NCBI GenBank assembly: GCA_965228895.1
Contig: OZ245842.1
Span: 5,408,001-5,472,000, forward strand
Direction of reading: 5' to 3'
Length of the DNA: 64,000 nucleotides
Source of the DNA: Alphaproteobacteria bacterium
GTDB taxonomy: Bacteria; Pseudomonadota; Alphaproteobacteria; SP197
Shown here in pieces: positions 1 through 9,428 of the stretch (its first letter is position 1; each line of letters begins with the position of its first letter). Below the pieces are notes generated by a model. The model was not told the DNA's origin, did no database searches, and worked only from the letters and a program-made list of their open reading frames with translations. Both the position numbers and the translations under genes were made by a program.

Positions 1-1
1 C

Positions 2-508
2 AACGCCGGCGGAGGAAAGTCGACTTTGGCGCGCCGCCTCGCGGCGGAGCACGACCTGCCTTACCGCGAGGTCGACGCGTTGTTGTGGAACCCCGATTGG
101 ACGCGGGTCAGCGACGATGCCTATCACGCCGCCCATGGCGCGCTGATCGCCCGCAACGGCTGGGTGATCGACGGTTTCGGCACCTGGCCCTCGGTCGAGG
201 CGCGATTTGCACGCGCCGACACAATCGTGCTCGTCGACCTGCCCTTGTGGGTCCACTTCTGGCTCGCGACCGAACGGCAGATTGCGTGGCAGAAGGGCAC
301 GCTCCAGGACGGTCCGGCGGGTCATGGCGAGCCGCCGGAGACCCGGGCGCTTTTTGAGACGATCTGGCAGATCGACAGCGACGACATGCCGCGCTTGCGT
401 CAACGCTGCGCTGACGCACAGGCCGACGGAAAGAAGGTCGTCACCGTCGCATCGCTGGACGGATTGGATGCGACCGGCTTCCAACACATCGGTTCTGCTC
501 AGAGATAG
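2..508 (+). CDS. P-loop kinase, adenylate kinase/FlaR-like (5'-partial)
   Basis: Frame from base 2 reads NAGGGKSTLA (Walker A), then DALLW and WVIDG; open at the window edge. Confidence 0.75.
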   Translation, partial: NAGGGKSTLARRLAAEHDLPYREVDALLWNPDWTRVSDDAYHAAHGALIARNGWVIDGFGTWPSVEARFARADTIVLVDLPLWVHFWLATERQIAWQKGTLQDGPAGHGEPPETRALFETIWQIDSDDMPRLRQRCADAQADGKKVVTVASLDGLDATGFQHIGSAQR

Positions 509-518
509 GACGAGAAAC

Positions 519-1025
519 ATGGCGATCGAGATTATGACTGCACGGGGTGCGGGCGACCTTGACGGTTTGCCGGATCTGCTTCGCGAGTTTCTGACGTGGG
601 ATCTCGATCAGCTTCGGCAGGTGTCCGGCGTTGAACTCAGCGTCGATGCCTACGTCAACAACTCGCTTGACGAGATCGACCTCTACATGCCGCCGCGAGG
701 GCGGCTTCTGCTCGTCAGGGATGGTGGGCGATTGCTCGGCATGGCGTTTCTCAAGCCAATTCGCGACGACACCTGCGAGATCAAACGCATGTACGTGTCA
801 CCGGAACTCAGAGGGCAGGGTTTGGGCAAGACACTGCTCACGACCTTGATCGATGAAGCCAGGGCCGTCGGCTACCGGTCGATCATGCTCGACAGCGCCG
901 TCTACATGGACGCTGCGCACGGCCTTTACCGTTCGATGGGATTCACCGACATCGACTACTATGAAGAGGGCGAGACGGCTGAGTCTCTAAAAGACTACTT
1001 GGTCTACATGGCGCTGCGCATCTGA
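519..1025 (+). CDS. GNAT family N-acetyltransferase
   Basis: CEIKRMYVSPELRGQGLGK acetyl-CoA motif and AHGLYRSMGF; ATG 519 lies 10 nt after the upstream stop. Confidence 0.85.
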   Translation: MAIEIMTARGAGDLDGLPDLLREFLTWDLDQLRQVSGVELSVDAYVNNSLDEIDLYMPPRGRLLLVRDGGRLLGMAFLKPIRDDTCEIKRMYVSPELRGQGLGKTLLTTLIDEARAVGYRSIMLDSAVYMDAAHGLYRSMGFTDIDYYEEGETAESLKDYLVYMALRI

Positions 1026-1053
1026 TCGCCGCGACCAGGGCCAAAGAGGCGGG

Positions 1054-2529
1054 TCATGTGGGCCGTGCTTGTGGTTCGCCTCGCTTGCGGGAACTTGCTG
1101 TTAGACTAACGACCGCACCGATCCCGACGTTGGCGACCAGCGCGATGACGCCGGCGTGCCAGCCGTCGATTTTGCCGTAGCCGGCAAAGTCCAGCCCGGC
1201 GGCGAGGGCGACGCCAACCATCAGGCCGGCCAACGCGCCGGTTGCGTTGAAGCGCCGCCACGTCGCACCGAGTACGAAGAGCGGTGCGGCTTGTAGCAGG
1301 ATCTCCAGTTTCAGTTCGATCAGGCCCCATAACGAAATGCGCGGCGTGAAGGCGACGGCGATCAGGGCCAGCATGACGAACCAGGATAGGCGTTTGCCGA
1401 TGGTGGTCAGACGTTGCGGGCTGGCGGACGTTAGCCAGATCTTGGCCAGCACGTCCTTGGCGACGATCGACGACAAACTCAGCAACATGCTGTCGGCCGT
1501 CGACATGATGGCCGCGATCGCGCCGGTCAGCACGAGGACGGCCATGGCATAGAGAAACCATGACTGTTCGGCCCATAGCCTGATCATCTCCGGCAGCACC
1601 TGATCGGCCGCGATGCCGTCGAGGCCCTGAAGCTGATGGATTGCCAGGATGCCGACCAGAAAAACCGGCAGGGTGGTGACAAGCGGCATGAAAACCATGG
1701 CGGTCAGCGACATACGCAGGGTGCGTGCACTCCGGGCTGCGAAGATGCGCTGGATTGCCTGCGGGTAGATCGAGGCGCTGAAACAGACGAGGACGATGGT
1801 GCTGATCCAGGTTCGGATTGCCGCGCCTTCCGGGACCGCTGCTTTCGCCGGTTCGTTCTCGATAATCCATTGGGTCGCTGACGCCATGCCCTCGATGCCG
1901 GGCAAGACGGCGATCAGCATGCCGATGATGCCGACCAGCAGCATCAGCGCCTGCAGGGCGTCGGTCCACACCACCGCGCGCATGCCGCCGACGCTCTCGT
2001 AGATCACGACGACAAGCCCAAGGCCGACAACGCCTGCCCAATAGGGCACGGCGCCGTCCGATAAGGCATCGACCGTGTGGCCCATGGCCATAAGCTGGGC
2101 GAGCAGGAAGTTGGTGATGGTGACCAGGAAAACCAGGCTGGCGGCGAGCGACAGAACACGCGAACCGAACCGGTGGTCGATCCAGTCGCCGGGGGTGACG
2201 AATTTGAAGCGCCGGGAGGCGCGGTAGAGCTGTGGCGCAAACGTCAGGTAACCGACGATGACCACCATCATGAAACCGACGCTCATGACCCACATGAAGC
2301 CGACGCGATAGGCTTCGCCGGGATAGCCGATCAGCGAATTGCCGCTGTACTGCGTCGCATAGAGCGTCAGCAGCAGGAGCAGGGCGCCGATGCTGCGGTT
2401 GGCAAGATAAAAGTCGGCGAGATCGCCGCTCTCGCGCCGCCGCCGCGCCGCAAGGCCGAGCACGATCATCAAGACGAAGTAAAGACCGACGAAAGCGAGC
2501 GCGCCGGGACCGAAGGGGCCGAGGCTCAC
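1054..2529 (-). CDS. Sodium:solute symporter (SSS, PanF/PutP-like)
   Basis: Many TM helices; FYLANR, GGMRAVVWTD, AAIMSTADS motifs. Confidence 0.9.
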   Translation of the reverse strand: MSLGPFGPGALAFVGLYFVLMIVLGLAARRRRESGDLADFYLANRSIGALLLLLTLYATQYSGNSLIGYPGEAYRVGFMWVMSVGFMMVVIVGYLTFAPQLYRASRRFKFVTPGDWIDHRFGSRVLSLAASLVFLVTITNFLLAQLMAMGHTVDALSDGAVPYWAGVVGLGLVVVIYESVGGMRAVVWTDALQALMLLVGIIGMLIAVLPGIEGMASATQWIIENEPAKAAVPEGAAIRTWISTIVLVCFSASIYPQAIQRIFAARSARTLRMSLTAMVFMPLVTTLPVFLVGILAIHQLQGLDGIAADQVLPEMIRLWAEQSWFLYAMAVLVLTGAIAAIMSTADSMLLSLSSIVAKDVLAKIWLTSASPQRLTTIGKRLSWFVMLALIAVAFTPRISLWGLIELKLEILLQAAPLFVLGATWRRFNATGALAGLMVGVALAAGLDFAGYGKIDGWHAGVIALVANVGIGAVVSLTASSRKRGEPQARPT

Positions 2530-2780
2530 GATCGATCCTCGGATCCGGGCTCGTCATCGGGCCAGTAACGCCCCACCACAAAGGCGGTGAAACAAGCAAT
2601 GCCAATGCATGCAAGAAGCGACAGCACGACCCAATAGGGCAGGCCAAACCATCGCGCCGGTTCCTTATCCGCCGGCAGGTACCAGGGAATCGATAGCGCA
2701 AAGAGCGCGACGTAGACCGCCCAGATCCATGGGCGCCGACTTAGCGGCCGCGACGATGCCGCCGATGATGAAGCGGGCAT
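2526..2780 (-). CDS. Small 2-TM partner of the SSS transporter (DUF3311/DUF997-like)
   Basis: ALSIPWY...WFGLPYWV; 4-nt overlap with the symporter start. Confidence 0.65.
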   Translation of the reverse strand: MPASSSAASSRPLSRRPWIWAVYVALFALSIPWYLPADKEPARWFGLPYWVVLSLLACIGIACFTAFVVGRYWPDDEPGSEDRS

Positions 2781-2856
2781 GATCCTCACCACAAATATGG
2801 GTTCTGATGGTATAGCGTGGTCTTCTTTGGGACCAGTTGGCACGCGCTGGTCTTAA

Positions 2857-3669
2857 ATGGATCGATCTGGAACGGAATGGGATCGCATGGACTTCTCAGA
2901 TCCTCGCATGGTCGAGATCTTTTTCAGTATTCACAGCGACTTGCCGCGTGAAGGGCCGGGCAACCGAAAGTCGACCGCAAAAGCCGTGGCAATGTGCGGA
3001 CCGCTGCCGCAGGACGCTCGGATTCTCGATCTTGGTTGCGGACCGGGCCAGCAGACGATGGACCTTGCCGGGCTTTTGCCGGACGCAACGATCATCGCGA
3101 TCGACAACCACGGCCCGTTCGTCGATGAGGCCAACCGGCGCGCCAAGGCAATGGGTGTCAACGATCGGGTCAAAGCCGAGGTCGGCGATATGGCCGCGCT
3201 AGACTATCCGCCCGCGAGCTTCGACCTCATCTGGTCCGAAGGCGCGGCCTACAGCATGGGTGTCGAGGCAGCGCTCAAGGCTTGGAGGCCGCTGCTGAAG
3301 CCGGCCGGCCGCCTGGCGTTATCCGAGGCCGTGTGGCTGAAAGGCGATCCGCCGGAGGATCTGCGCCGTGTTTGGGACGAAGAATATCCCGACATGCGCG
3401 ACATCCCGGCCTGCCGCGACCTCGTCGCGTCGTGCGGCTACCGGTTGCTCGGCGATTTTGTGCTGCCGGACAAGGCGTGGTGGGATGACTACTACACGCC
3501 CAAGCTCGCCCGTATCGAAACACTCCGTGAAACCTATGCCGGCGACGATTTTGCTCAGACCGTGCTCGACGAGGCGGTCGAGGAAACCACGATGCATCGC
3601 ACGTACAGCCACTACTACGGCTACGTGTTCCTGGTGATGGCGCTAACCCCCTCACCCGGCTCCGGCTAG
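2857..3669 (+). CDS. Class I SAM-dependent methyltransferase
   Basis: ILDLGCGPG motif I and FDLIWSEGAAY; start may be 2887. Confidence 0.88.
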   Translation: MDRSGTEWDRMDFSDPRMVEIFFSIHSDLPREGPGNRKSTAKAVAMCGPLPQDARILDLGCGPGQQTMDLAGLLPDATIIAIDNHGPFVDEANRRAKAMGVNDRVKAEVGDMAALDYPPASFDLIWSEGAAYSMGVEAALKAWRPLLKPAGRLALSEAVWLKGDPPEDLRRVWDEEYPDMRDIPACRDLVASCGYRLLGDFVLPDKAWWDDYYTPKLARIETLRETYAGDDFAQTVLDEAVEETTMHRTYSHYYGYVFLVMALTPSPGSG

Positions 3670-3772
3670 ATCGCTACCGCGCTCAACCCTGCGCAACCCT
3701 CTCCCTTGCTGGGGAGAGGGAAACGAAGACGGGCTCCTTCTCCCTTTGAGGGAGAGGGTTGGGGTGAGGGGT
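3647..3772. repeat. REP/RIME-like palindromic intergenic element
   Basis: CCCCTCACCC...GGGTGAGGGG termini with two internal (C)CTCTCCC-N5/6-GGGAGAGGG-type hairpins, between convergent genes. Confidence 0.7.
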
Positions 3773-3782
3773 GCTGGAGAGA

Positions 3783-4475
3783 TCAGCCGATCAGGTCTTC
3801 GACGCCGCCGGTCATGCGGATGACGTGGAAACCTTCGCCATGGGCGAAGCCGGCCTGGGTGCCACGGAAGACCGAGAGCGCGCGCAGGGCCTCGGCAGAG
3901 CGTGCGGCCGGGAAGGGCGGGATCTGGCTGCCGTAACAGGCAAGCGCCTCAAGCTTGGTGTCGATGGTGTCGGTGATGTCGACGACCCAGTTGGGCGTAA
4001 AGTTGGGTTCGATGTGGGGCGCGTTCCAATGGGTCTCCGACAGCGTCTCGAACGCCGCGACCAGCCTGATCCCGGCACCGGGACCAACCGGCCGGGTCGC
4101 GACCATGACAGCGTCGAAGATGACGCGATGGTCAACGTGGCGGTCGGGGTAGCAGCACAAGACCGCCGCCGGGTTGACTTCCTTGATCACCTTCATGATC
4201 GCGCCGTTCAGCTCGGGCACCGGTTGGTCGCGCACATAGACCGCCGGGATATCCAGAAAGCGTGCCTCAGCGACGCCCATGACGGCGTGGGCTGCCTTGG
4301 CCTCGGCGATCGTCTGCTGGTGCACCTCGTCGCTATAGAGCGGCGGCATGTGGGCGGCGACGGTCAGGACCGTCACCTTGTGCCCCGCCTTGGCGCAGCG
4401 CGCGATGGTACCGCCGGCGCCCAGGGTTTCGTCGTCGGGATGAGGCGCGATGACCAGGACGCCGTCGGCGCTCAT
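3783..4475 (-). CDS. PIG-L/LmbE family deacetylase
   Basis: APHPDDETLGAGG and DRHVDH metal-binding motifs. Confidence 0.9.
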   Translation of the reverse strand: MSADGVLVIAPHPDDETLGAGGTIARCAKAGHKVTVLTVAAHMPPLYSDEVHQQTIAEAKAAHAVMGVAEARFLDIPAVYVRDQPVPELNGAIMKVIKEVNPAAVLCCYPDRHVDHRVIFDAVMVATRPVGPGAGIRLVAAFETLSETHWNAPHIEPNFTPNWVVDITDTIDTKLEALACYGSQIPPFPAARSAEALRALSVFRGTQAGFAHGEGFHVIRMTGGVEDLIG

Positions 4476-6232
4476 GACACCACCACGCTTTCCTTCGGCT
4501 TGCGCAACAGGAAGCCGCCGGCGGCAAGTGTGTCCATGCCGGTCGCAAAGAACGTGCGCAGCGCATCGTGGATGGTGCAGACGACGGGCTCGCCTTTGAC
4601 GTTGAACGACGTATTGAGCAAGGCGGCGACTCCCGTGCGTGCTTCGAAGCAGCTGATCAGACGATGATAAAGCGGCAGCACGTCCTTGTGCACCATCTGC
4701 ACACGCGCCGTCCCGTCGACATGGACGACGGCCGGCGCGTCCTGCTTCAACGCATCCGTTGCCTCGAACGCGATAATCATGAACGGCGCGTCGTCGTAAG
4801 CTTTCAAATAGCGTTCCGCCGACTCGGCCGTGATCGACGGACAGAAGGGACGCCAGTATTCGCGGTACTTGATGACGGCATTGACCCGGTCGCGCGCTTC
4901 GACCTTACGCGGGTCGGCCAGGATGCTGCGTTGGCCGAGTGCGCGCGGTCCGGCTTCCATCCGGCCCTGGAACCAGCCGACGACGCGGCCGGCGACCAGG
5001 TCATCGGCGACCGCCTCGGCGATGTCGTCGGGTTTCTCGTAAGCGAGCCCGCAAAGCTTAAGCGTCGCTTCGATCTCCGCGTCCGTGTTCTGAGGCCCTG
5101 TCGCTAAGAGGCGCAGCGGTTCCGGGCGCGCGCCGGTCTTGTGCCAGCACGCGGCAAGCGCGGCACCGGCCGCGGCCCCGCCATCGCTGCACAAGGGTTG
5201 GGCGAAGACGTGGTCGACCTCGGGCAGGGCGTGGAGGCGCGTGTTCATCTTGACGTTCAGACCGACCCCGCCGCCGATGCAGAGGTTGCCGGTGCCGGCT
5301 TCCTTCAGTGCCCAACGGGCCAGCGGCTCGACGGCGTCCTCCAGGGCGGTTTGGACGGCGAACGCTACATCCTGGTGCCAGTCCTCTATCGGTTCGTTCT
5401 TCAGGCGCGGCGCGCGATCGAACAACTCGGGCAGATGATCGGTGAAACGGTCCGACCAGTTGCGCGGCCCGTAGTGGATATAGCCGGGATCAAGCCGGTA
5501 TTCGATGCCGTCGTCGGCGGGAAAAAGGATCGTTCGAACCTTGGCGGTCAGGTCGTCGTCGGGTCGCCCATAGGCGGCGAGACCCATGACCTTGTATTCG
5601 CCGTCATAGGCCTCGAAACCCAGATACTCGGTGAATGCCGCATAGAACCAGCCGAGCGAATGGGGCATGACGATTTCGCGCATCGGCGTGATCGTCTCGC
5701 CGTCGCCATGCCAGGCCACCGTGCAGTGCTGGTCGCCCGATCCGTCGACGGTCAAGCACACCGCATCATCGAACGGCGATTGCAGAAAGCTATGGGCGGC
5801 ATGGGTCATGTGATGGGGCGTGGCGACGATCTCCGGCAAGGGGACTGCGCCGAACGCCGCGCGCCAGGCTCGCGCGTGGCGGGTCGTCATGGCGTCTCGG
5901 TTGAAGTTGGCGAGCATGCTGCGTTGCCAGCCTTTGGTTGCCGGATCGAGCGGCCATGCCGCCGCCATGTCATCGAAGAAGGCGGCCATGCGGCCGTCGC
6001 CATAGGCGTCGACATCCCAATTGATGCCGATGCCGGCGACATCGTCGGGTCCGATGCCGGCGGCGTCCAGGCAATAGGCAAGCGCGCGGTGCGGGTAGAC
6101 GCGGTAGGCGTGTTTGTTGCGGATGAAGCGTTCTTCCTCCGCATAGGCGATCAGGCGGCCATCGCGCACGATGGCGACGGCCGGGTCGAAGTGACCCTCG
6201 AAGATGCCGAGGTAGTGGTCGGACTGGGCCAT
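4472..6232 (-). CDS. Carbamoyltransferase, NodU/CmcH family
   Basis: AEEERF, HHMTHA, VDGSGD, HSLG, EYKVMGLAAYG, GPRALGQRS, HVDGTAR, LNTSFN. Confidence 0.93.
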   Translation of the reverse strand: MAQSDHYLGIFEGHFDPAVAIVRDGRLIAYAEEERFIRNKHAYRVYPHRALAYCLDAAGIGPDDVAGIGINWDVDAYGDGRMAAFFDDMAAAWPLDPATKGWQRSMLANFNRDAMTTRHARAWRAAFGAVPLPEIVATPHHMTHAAHSFLQSPFDDAVCLTVDGSGDQHCTVAWHGDGETITPMREIVMPHSLGWFYAAFTEYLGFEAYDGEYKVMGLAAYGRPDDDLTAKVRTILFPADDGIEYRLDPGYIHYGPRNWSDRFTDHLPELFDRAPRLKNEPIEDWHQDVAFAVQTALEDAVEPLARWALKEAGTGNLCIGGGVGLNVKMNTRLHALPEVDHVFAQPLCSDGGAAAGAALAACWHKTGARPEPLRLLATGPQNTDAEIEATLKLCGLAYEKPDDIAEAVADDLVAGRVVGWFQGRMEAGPRALGQRSILADPRKVEARDRVNAVIKYREYWRPFCPSITAESAERYLKAYDDAPFMIIAFEATDALKQDAPAVVHVDGTARVQMVHKDVLPLYHRLISCFEARTGVAALLNTSFNVKGEPVVCTIHDALRTFFATGMDTLAAGGFLLRKPKESVVVS

Positions 6233-6370
6233 CGCGGGCGTGATCAATACGCGAGGCCCGGAACAACGCGATCAAGATGCGTCATGCTGTGCCGGTCGGA
6301 TTGGTAAGACGTCCGGCTACTGATACGGGACCGCGCGCCCGCCCGCAATGGCGCGCATCGTCTCCGTCGT

Positions 6371-6760
6371 TCAGTCGGCGCCGATGACCGTGGCGACGAC
6401 CTGCTTTTCCCAGCCGCCATGCATGGTGCGCGGCAGCTCGTCGCTGGCGAACCAGGCGGCCTCGGGGCCGCCGTTGGGACTGCCGGCGGCGGTGACGTCG
6501 TAATGGAAGACAAGATGCCAACCGCGCCGTCCCCGGAAGGACTCCACGTGGTTCAGGTGAGGTGTGCCGGCATCAAGCCCCGGCAGGTCGGCGAGTGTCT
6601 TGGCGGCGGTATCGTCGGGGTGGGTGAACGGTTCGACATCGTTGCCGGGCAGCCACCACTTTTCGTTTTCGGGATCGTAGCGCACAAAGAGCACGCGGCC
6701 TTGATCGTCGCGCACGACCAGATTGGCAATGACCTGCGTCTCCACGGGTTTGTCGTTCAC
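6371..6760 (-). CDS. Nudix-fold protein with degenerate Nudix box
   Basis: VVRDDQGRVLFVR...WWLPG...AAWF fold pattern, but no REUXEE glutamates. Confidence 0.65.
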   Translation of the reverse strand: MNDKPVETQVIANLVVRDDQGRVLFVRYDPENEKWWLPGNDVEPFTHPDDTAAKTLADLPGLDAGTPHLNHVESFRGRRGWHLVFHYDVTAAGSPNGGPEAAWFASDELPRTMHGGWEKQVVATVIGAD

Positions 6761-7284
6761 GGTGTTGCTCCCTCAGGTGTTGTTGTGAATTGGGCGAGTT
6801 CGCGCTCGGTCCAGGCAATTTCGGCGTCCAGCAGGGCGGCCTCGCGGCGCGCCAGAAATGGGCTGGGTGCCCTAGGCGCCAGAACATCCAGGCGCTCTCG
6901 GCGCGTCGTCAGGGCTTCAAGGCGCGCATGGAGACCATCGCGGATCTCGTAAGGCTCGAATTCGTCGCGTGCGGCCAAGACCGCATGAATGGGCCTGCCG
7001 TTGTCGCTGACCCCATCCCAGGCCCCGGTCAGTTCCGTGGCAAGTGCCGCCAGCCCATCGGGGGTGATCTTATAGAGCGTGCGGTTGGGCCGGTTGCCGA
7101 CCCGTTCTTCGCCGGCGACGCGGGCCAGACCCTGCTTCGTGAGTGATCGCAGCATGGCGTAGATCGACGCGTCCTCGATCGGGAACCAGAAGGCAAAGCC
7201 GGGATCGGTCAGGATCGATTTGATCTGATAGCCATGGCGCGGGTGCTCACTGAGCAGCCACAGAATGAGCAGGCGTGTCGTCAT
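6757..7284 (-). CDS. PadR family transcriptional regulator
   Basis: ILWLL..PRHGYQI, SIYAMLRSL..GL, RTLYKITPDG; 4-nt overlap with the Nudix-like gene. Confidence 0.88.
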   Translation of the reverse strand: MTTRLLILWLLSEHPRHGYQIKSILTDPGFAFWFPIEDASIYAMLRSLTKQGLARVAGEERVGNRPNRTLYKITPDGLAALATELTGAWDGVSDNGRPIHAVLAARDEFEPYEIRDGLHARLEALTTRRERLDVLAPRAPSPFLARREAALLDAEIAWTERELAQFTTTPEGATP

Positions 7285-7320
7285 AAAACCAATATACTAA
7301 AGTTTTAGTATATTGGTCAA
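7285..7320 (-). promoter_or_regulatory. Putative sigma70 promoter overlapped by a palindromic operator
   Basis: Minus strand TTGACC-N18-TATATT-N6-ATG; ACCAATATACTAAA-GT-TTTAGTATATTGGT palindrome at 7288-7317. Confidence 0.7.
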
Positions 7321-7578
7321 GCTGATCTGTGACGGCTGCACATAGTGCGTGCCTATGGACAAAAGGGCGCGGTATTCTGCGACTTCTACGCGGTCATCCT
7401 GGGCCTTTGGGCCCACGGGGCGGCGATGCTGAGCAGATCTGTGCGGCCGGTCACTCTCATTGCGGGCAAAATGATCCAATCTGATCGAGGGAATGAATGA
7501 CCGCGGGGACGCGGGGACCAATAGGCAACGGCGCAGGGCGTCAAGCCGGGTCCATCGCGGTGATGCAGGAGATTGGTC

Positions 7579-8058
7579 ATGTCGTTTGGACGACGCGAAC
7601 GAGACGAACGCAGGCGCGAACCGCGCCGTGAGGTACTGAGCCAAGCGGCCATTTACTATGGCGACGGCCCGTCGCGCGCGACCGGTCTGGTCCGCAACAT
7701 CTCGCGGACGGGTGCGAAGTTTTTTGTCGACTTTCCGTTGGATCTGCCGCGCGAGGTGGTCCTTCAGTTCTGCAACGGCGATGAGTTCGATTGCGAGGTC
7801 GTGCGCGATATCGGCGGCACCGAGTTCGGCCTGCACTTCAAGGATACGAACGAGTTCGACAAGTCGCAGACCAAGGACTGTGTCGATTCCGTGCGCAGCT
7901 TCACCAAGAGCCAGTCGCCGCGCGAACTCTATCAGTTGATGGAGAAGGTCGGTTTCTTCGGCGACGAGGAAATCGAGTCGATCATGAAAGGCTTCATCGC
8001 CTCGTACGACCAGGTCGTCAAAATCTACAGCGATCGTATTTTGCCCCAGCAGTCCTGA
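7579..8058 (+). CDS. PilZ domain protein with C-terminal extension (paralog 1)
   Basis: RREPR and RNISRTGA fit the RxxxR and (D/N)xSxxG motifs; AGGAGA RBS. Confidence 0.8.
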   Translation: MSFGRRERDERRREPRREVLSQAAIYYGDGPSRATGLVRNISRTGAKFFVDFPLDLPREVVLQFCNGDEFDCEVVRDIGGTEFGLHFKDTNEFDKSQTKDCVDSVRSFTKSQSPRELYQLMEKVGFFGDEEIESIMKGFIASYDQVVKIYSDRILPQQS

Positions 8059-8165
8059 GACGTTCCAGCGAACCGGCACCGGTCACGGGCTGCCCGGTCT
8101 CAGCAACAAAACACTTCAGAGTTCTAACGACGCATCGCGCGGCCGGCCTGCTCTATGGTCGGCAC

Positions 8166-8202
8166 AAAAAGAAAGCGGCGTTCCCTGGTCATGGAACGCC
8201 GC
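8166..8202 (-). terminator. Rho-independent terminator
   Basis: GCGGCGTTCC-N8-GGAACGCCGC stem followed by a U-rich tract on the minus strand. Confidence 0.65.
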
Positions 8203-8231
8203 CCTTTCGATTTGACTCGCGATGTCAGCCG

Positions 8232-8522
8232 TTACGACGGCCGCGATAGTGCGATGGGTGTCGGGAACGGTCGGCGCATTCTGCCCGGATCTATCTCGAA
8301 GATCCGATCCGTCAGTTTCATTTCCCGCGGCGCAACGCCGACGACAACGTCACCTTTGTCGCGCGGGATCTCGACGGGATCGCTGACGATTGCGAGCGGG
8401 GTTCGTTCCTGCTGAAGGCATAGTCGACCATTGTCGTCGACCACGAAGAAGTCGCCGGGTTTGACGTGAAGCGTGAACGCTTGACCGCCGACCTCCCAGA
8501 TATCGTTGGACCTGCCAGCCAT
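8232..8522 (-). CDS. Hypothetical protein, 96 aa
   Basis: GGAG RBS 6 nt before ATG and a terminator downstream; no family recognised. Confidence 0.55.
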   Translation of the reverse strand: MAGRSNDIWEVGGQAFTLHVKPGDFFVVDDNGRLCLQQERTPLAIVSDPVEIPRDKGDVVVGVAPREMKLTDRIFEIDPGRMRRPFPTPIALSRPS

Positions 8523-8672
8523 GGGTGTCTCCGAACGGGTTGTGTCTCCTGTTTCCATTTTCTGATCCCCGTATCGAGCTAGGCTCTAAGGCGAATACTC
8601 GCCGTAGTTCGTCTGCGGGTCTGTGTCCGCCGTCATGATTGACGAGCGAAAAAGTATAAAGAGCTGGTATTA

Positions 8673-8740
8673 TTAATGAAGTCTTACCAAAACGTTTACG
8701 GATTAAGTCGTCCGTTAAGAGTCTATTAAGGTCTTAGTAA
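8673..8740. promoter_or_regulatory. Cluster of CtrA-like boxes
   Basis: TTAA-N7-TTAC at 8673, TTAA-N7-TTAA at 8715, TTAA-N7-GTAA at 8726. Confidence 0.55.
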
Positions 8741-8830
8741 TGTCTTGTCGTCGGCATTGCCCTTTTGCCGCCTCAATTATGCTGTCAACAGACGGTCTCG
8801 ACTCGGCGGGGCGGCAGATTGGGGAAAACG

Positions 8831-9130
8831 ATGAAGTTCTTGGGTTGGTTGCTGATGGTGATCGGCATCGCTGCGGCGGTGTCCGGTATCTTGATGACCG
8901 GCATGGCGCCAGGCGGTCAATCGTCTGATATCGATCGGCTTGTGGCCAAGGTCACGCTGGTCATTTTCGGTGCCGGCCTTGGCCTCGCGGGCTGCGTTTT
9001 TGTCGTTGGTGCAGAGCTGCGCCTGTGGCTGTCGGCGATCTATGATGAAGTCGGCGCTGGCGAGGCGAACGTGAGCGCGGAGCCGGAGCCAGTCACAGGC
9101 CGCGTGCGCGCCGAACCCGTGATCCTTTAG
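8831..9130 (+). CDS. Small 2-TM membrane protein
   Basis: Two hydrophobic segments; GGGGA RBS. Confidence 0.6.
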   Translation: MKFLGWLLMVIGIAAAVSGILMTGMAPGGQSSDIDRLVAKVTLVIFGAGLGLAGCVFVVGAELRLWLSAIYDEVGAGEANVSAEPEPVTGRVRAEPVIL

Positions 9131-9428
9131 GCCGTCTCAATCTAGAACGGCACCACGTTGGGTTAACAATCCCCCAACAGATTGCATCACATGTCCAGAT
9201 TGTCGCCCGTTTTGCGTGCGGCCCATGCACCGATGGGTGTATCCTTACCAGGGTAGCTGCCGTAACCCGCTGGGGCTACGTTTTCCGTGGGATCACCGCA
9301 TAAGTGGCTGATTTCCAAGGCGGATAGTGTGGTGTCGGGGTCAATTCCGTATGATGCCACCTAATTGCGGTGGAGCGGAGCGTAGCCGCGGGTCAATCTA
9401 AGTGCCTGTGAGCCAGGAGTATGGTGTC

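Noticed and set aside
1106-2701. Long alternative-frame and antisense ORFs (also 22955-24424, 31145-32494, 32541-33800, 58672-60198)
   Set aside because: Shadows of real genes in high-GC DNA, with Arg/Pro-rich or motif-free translations.
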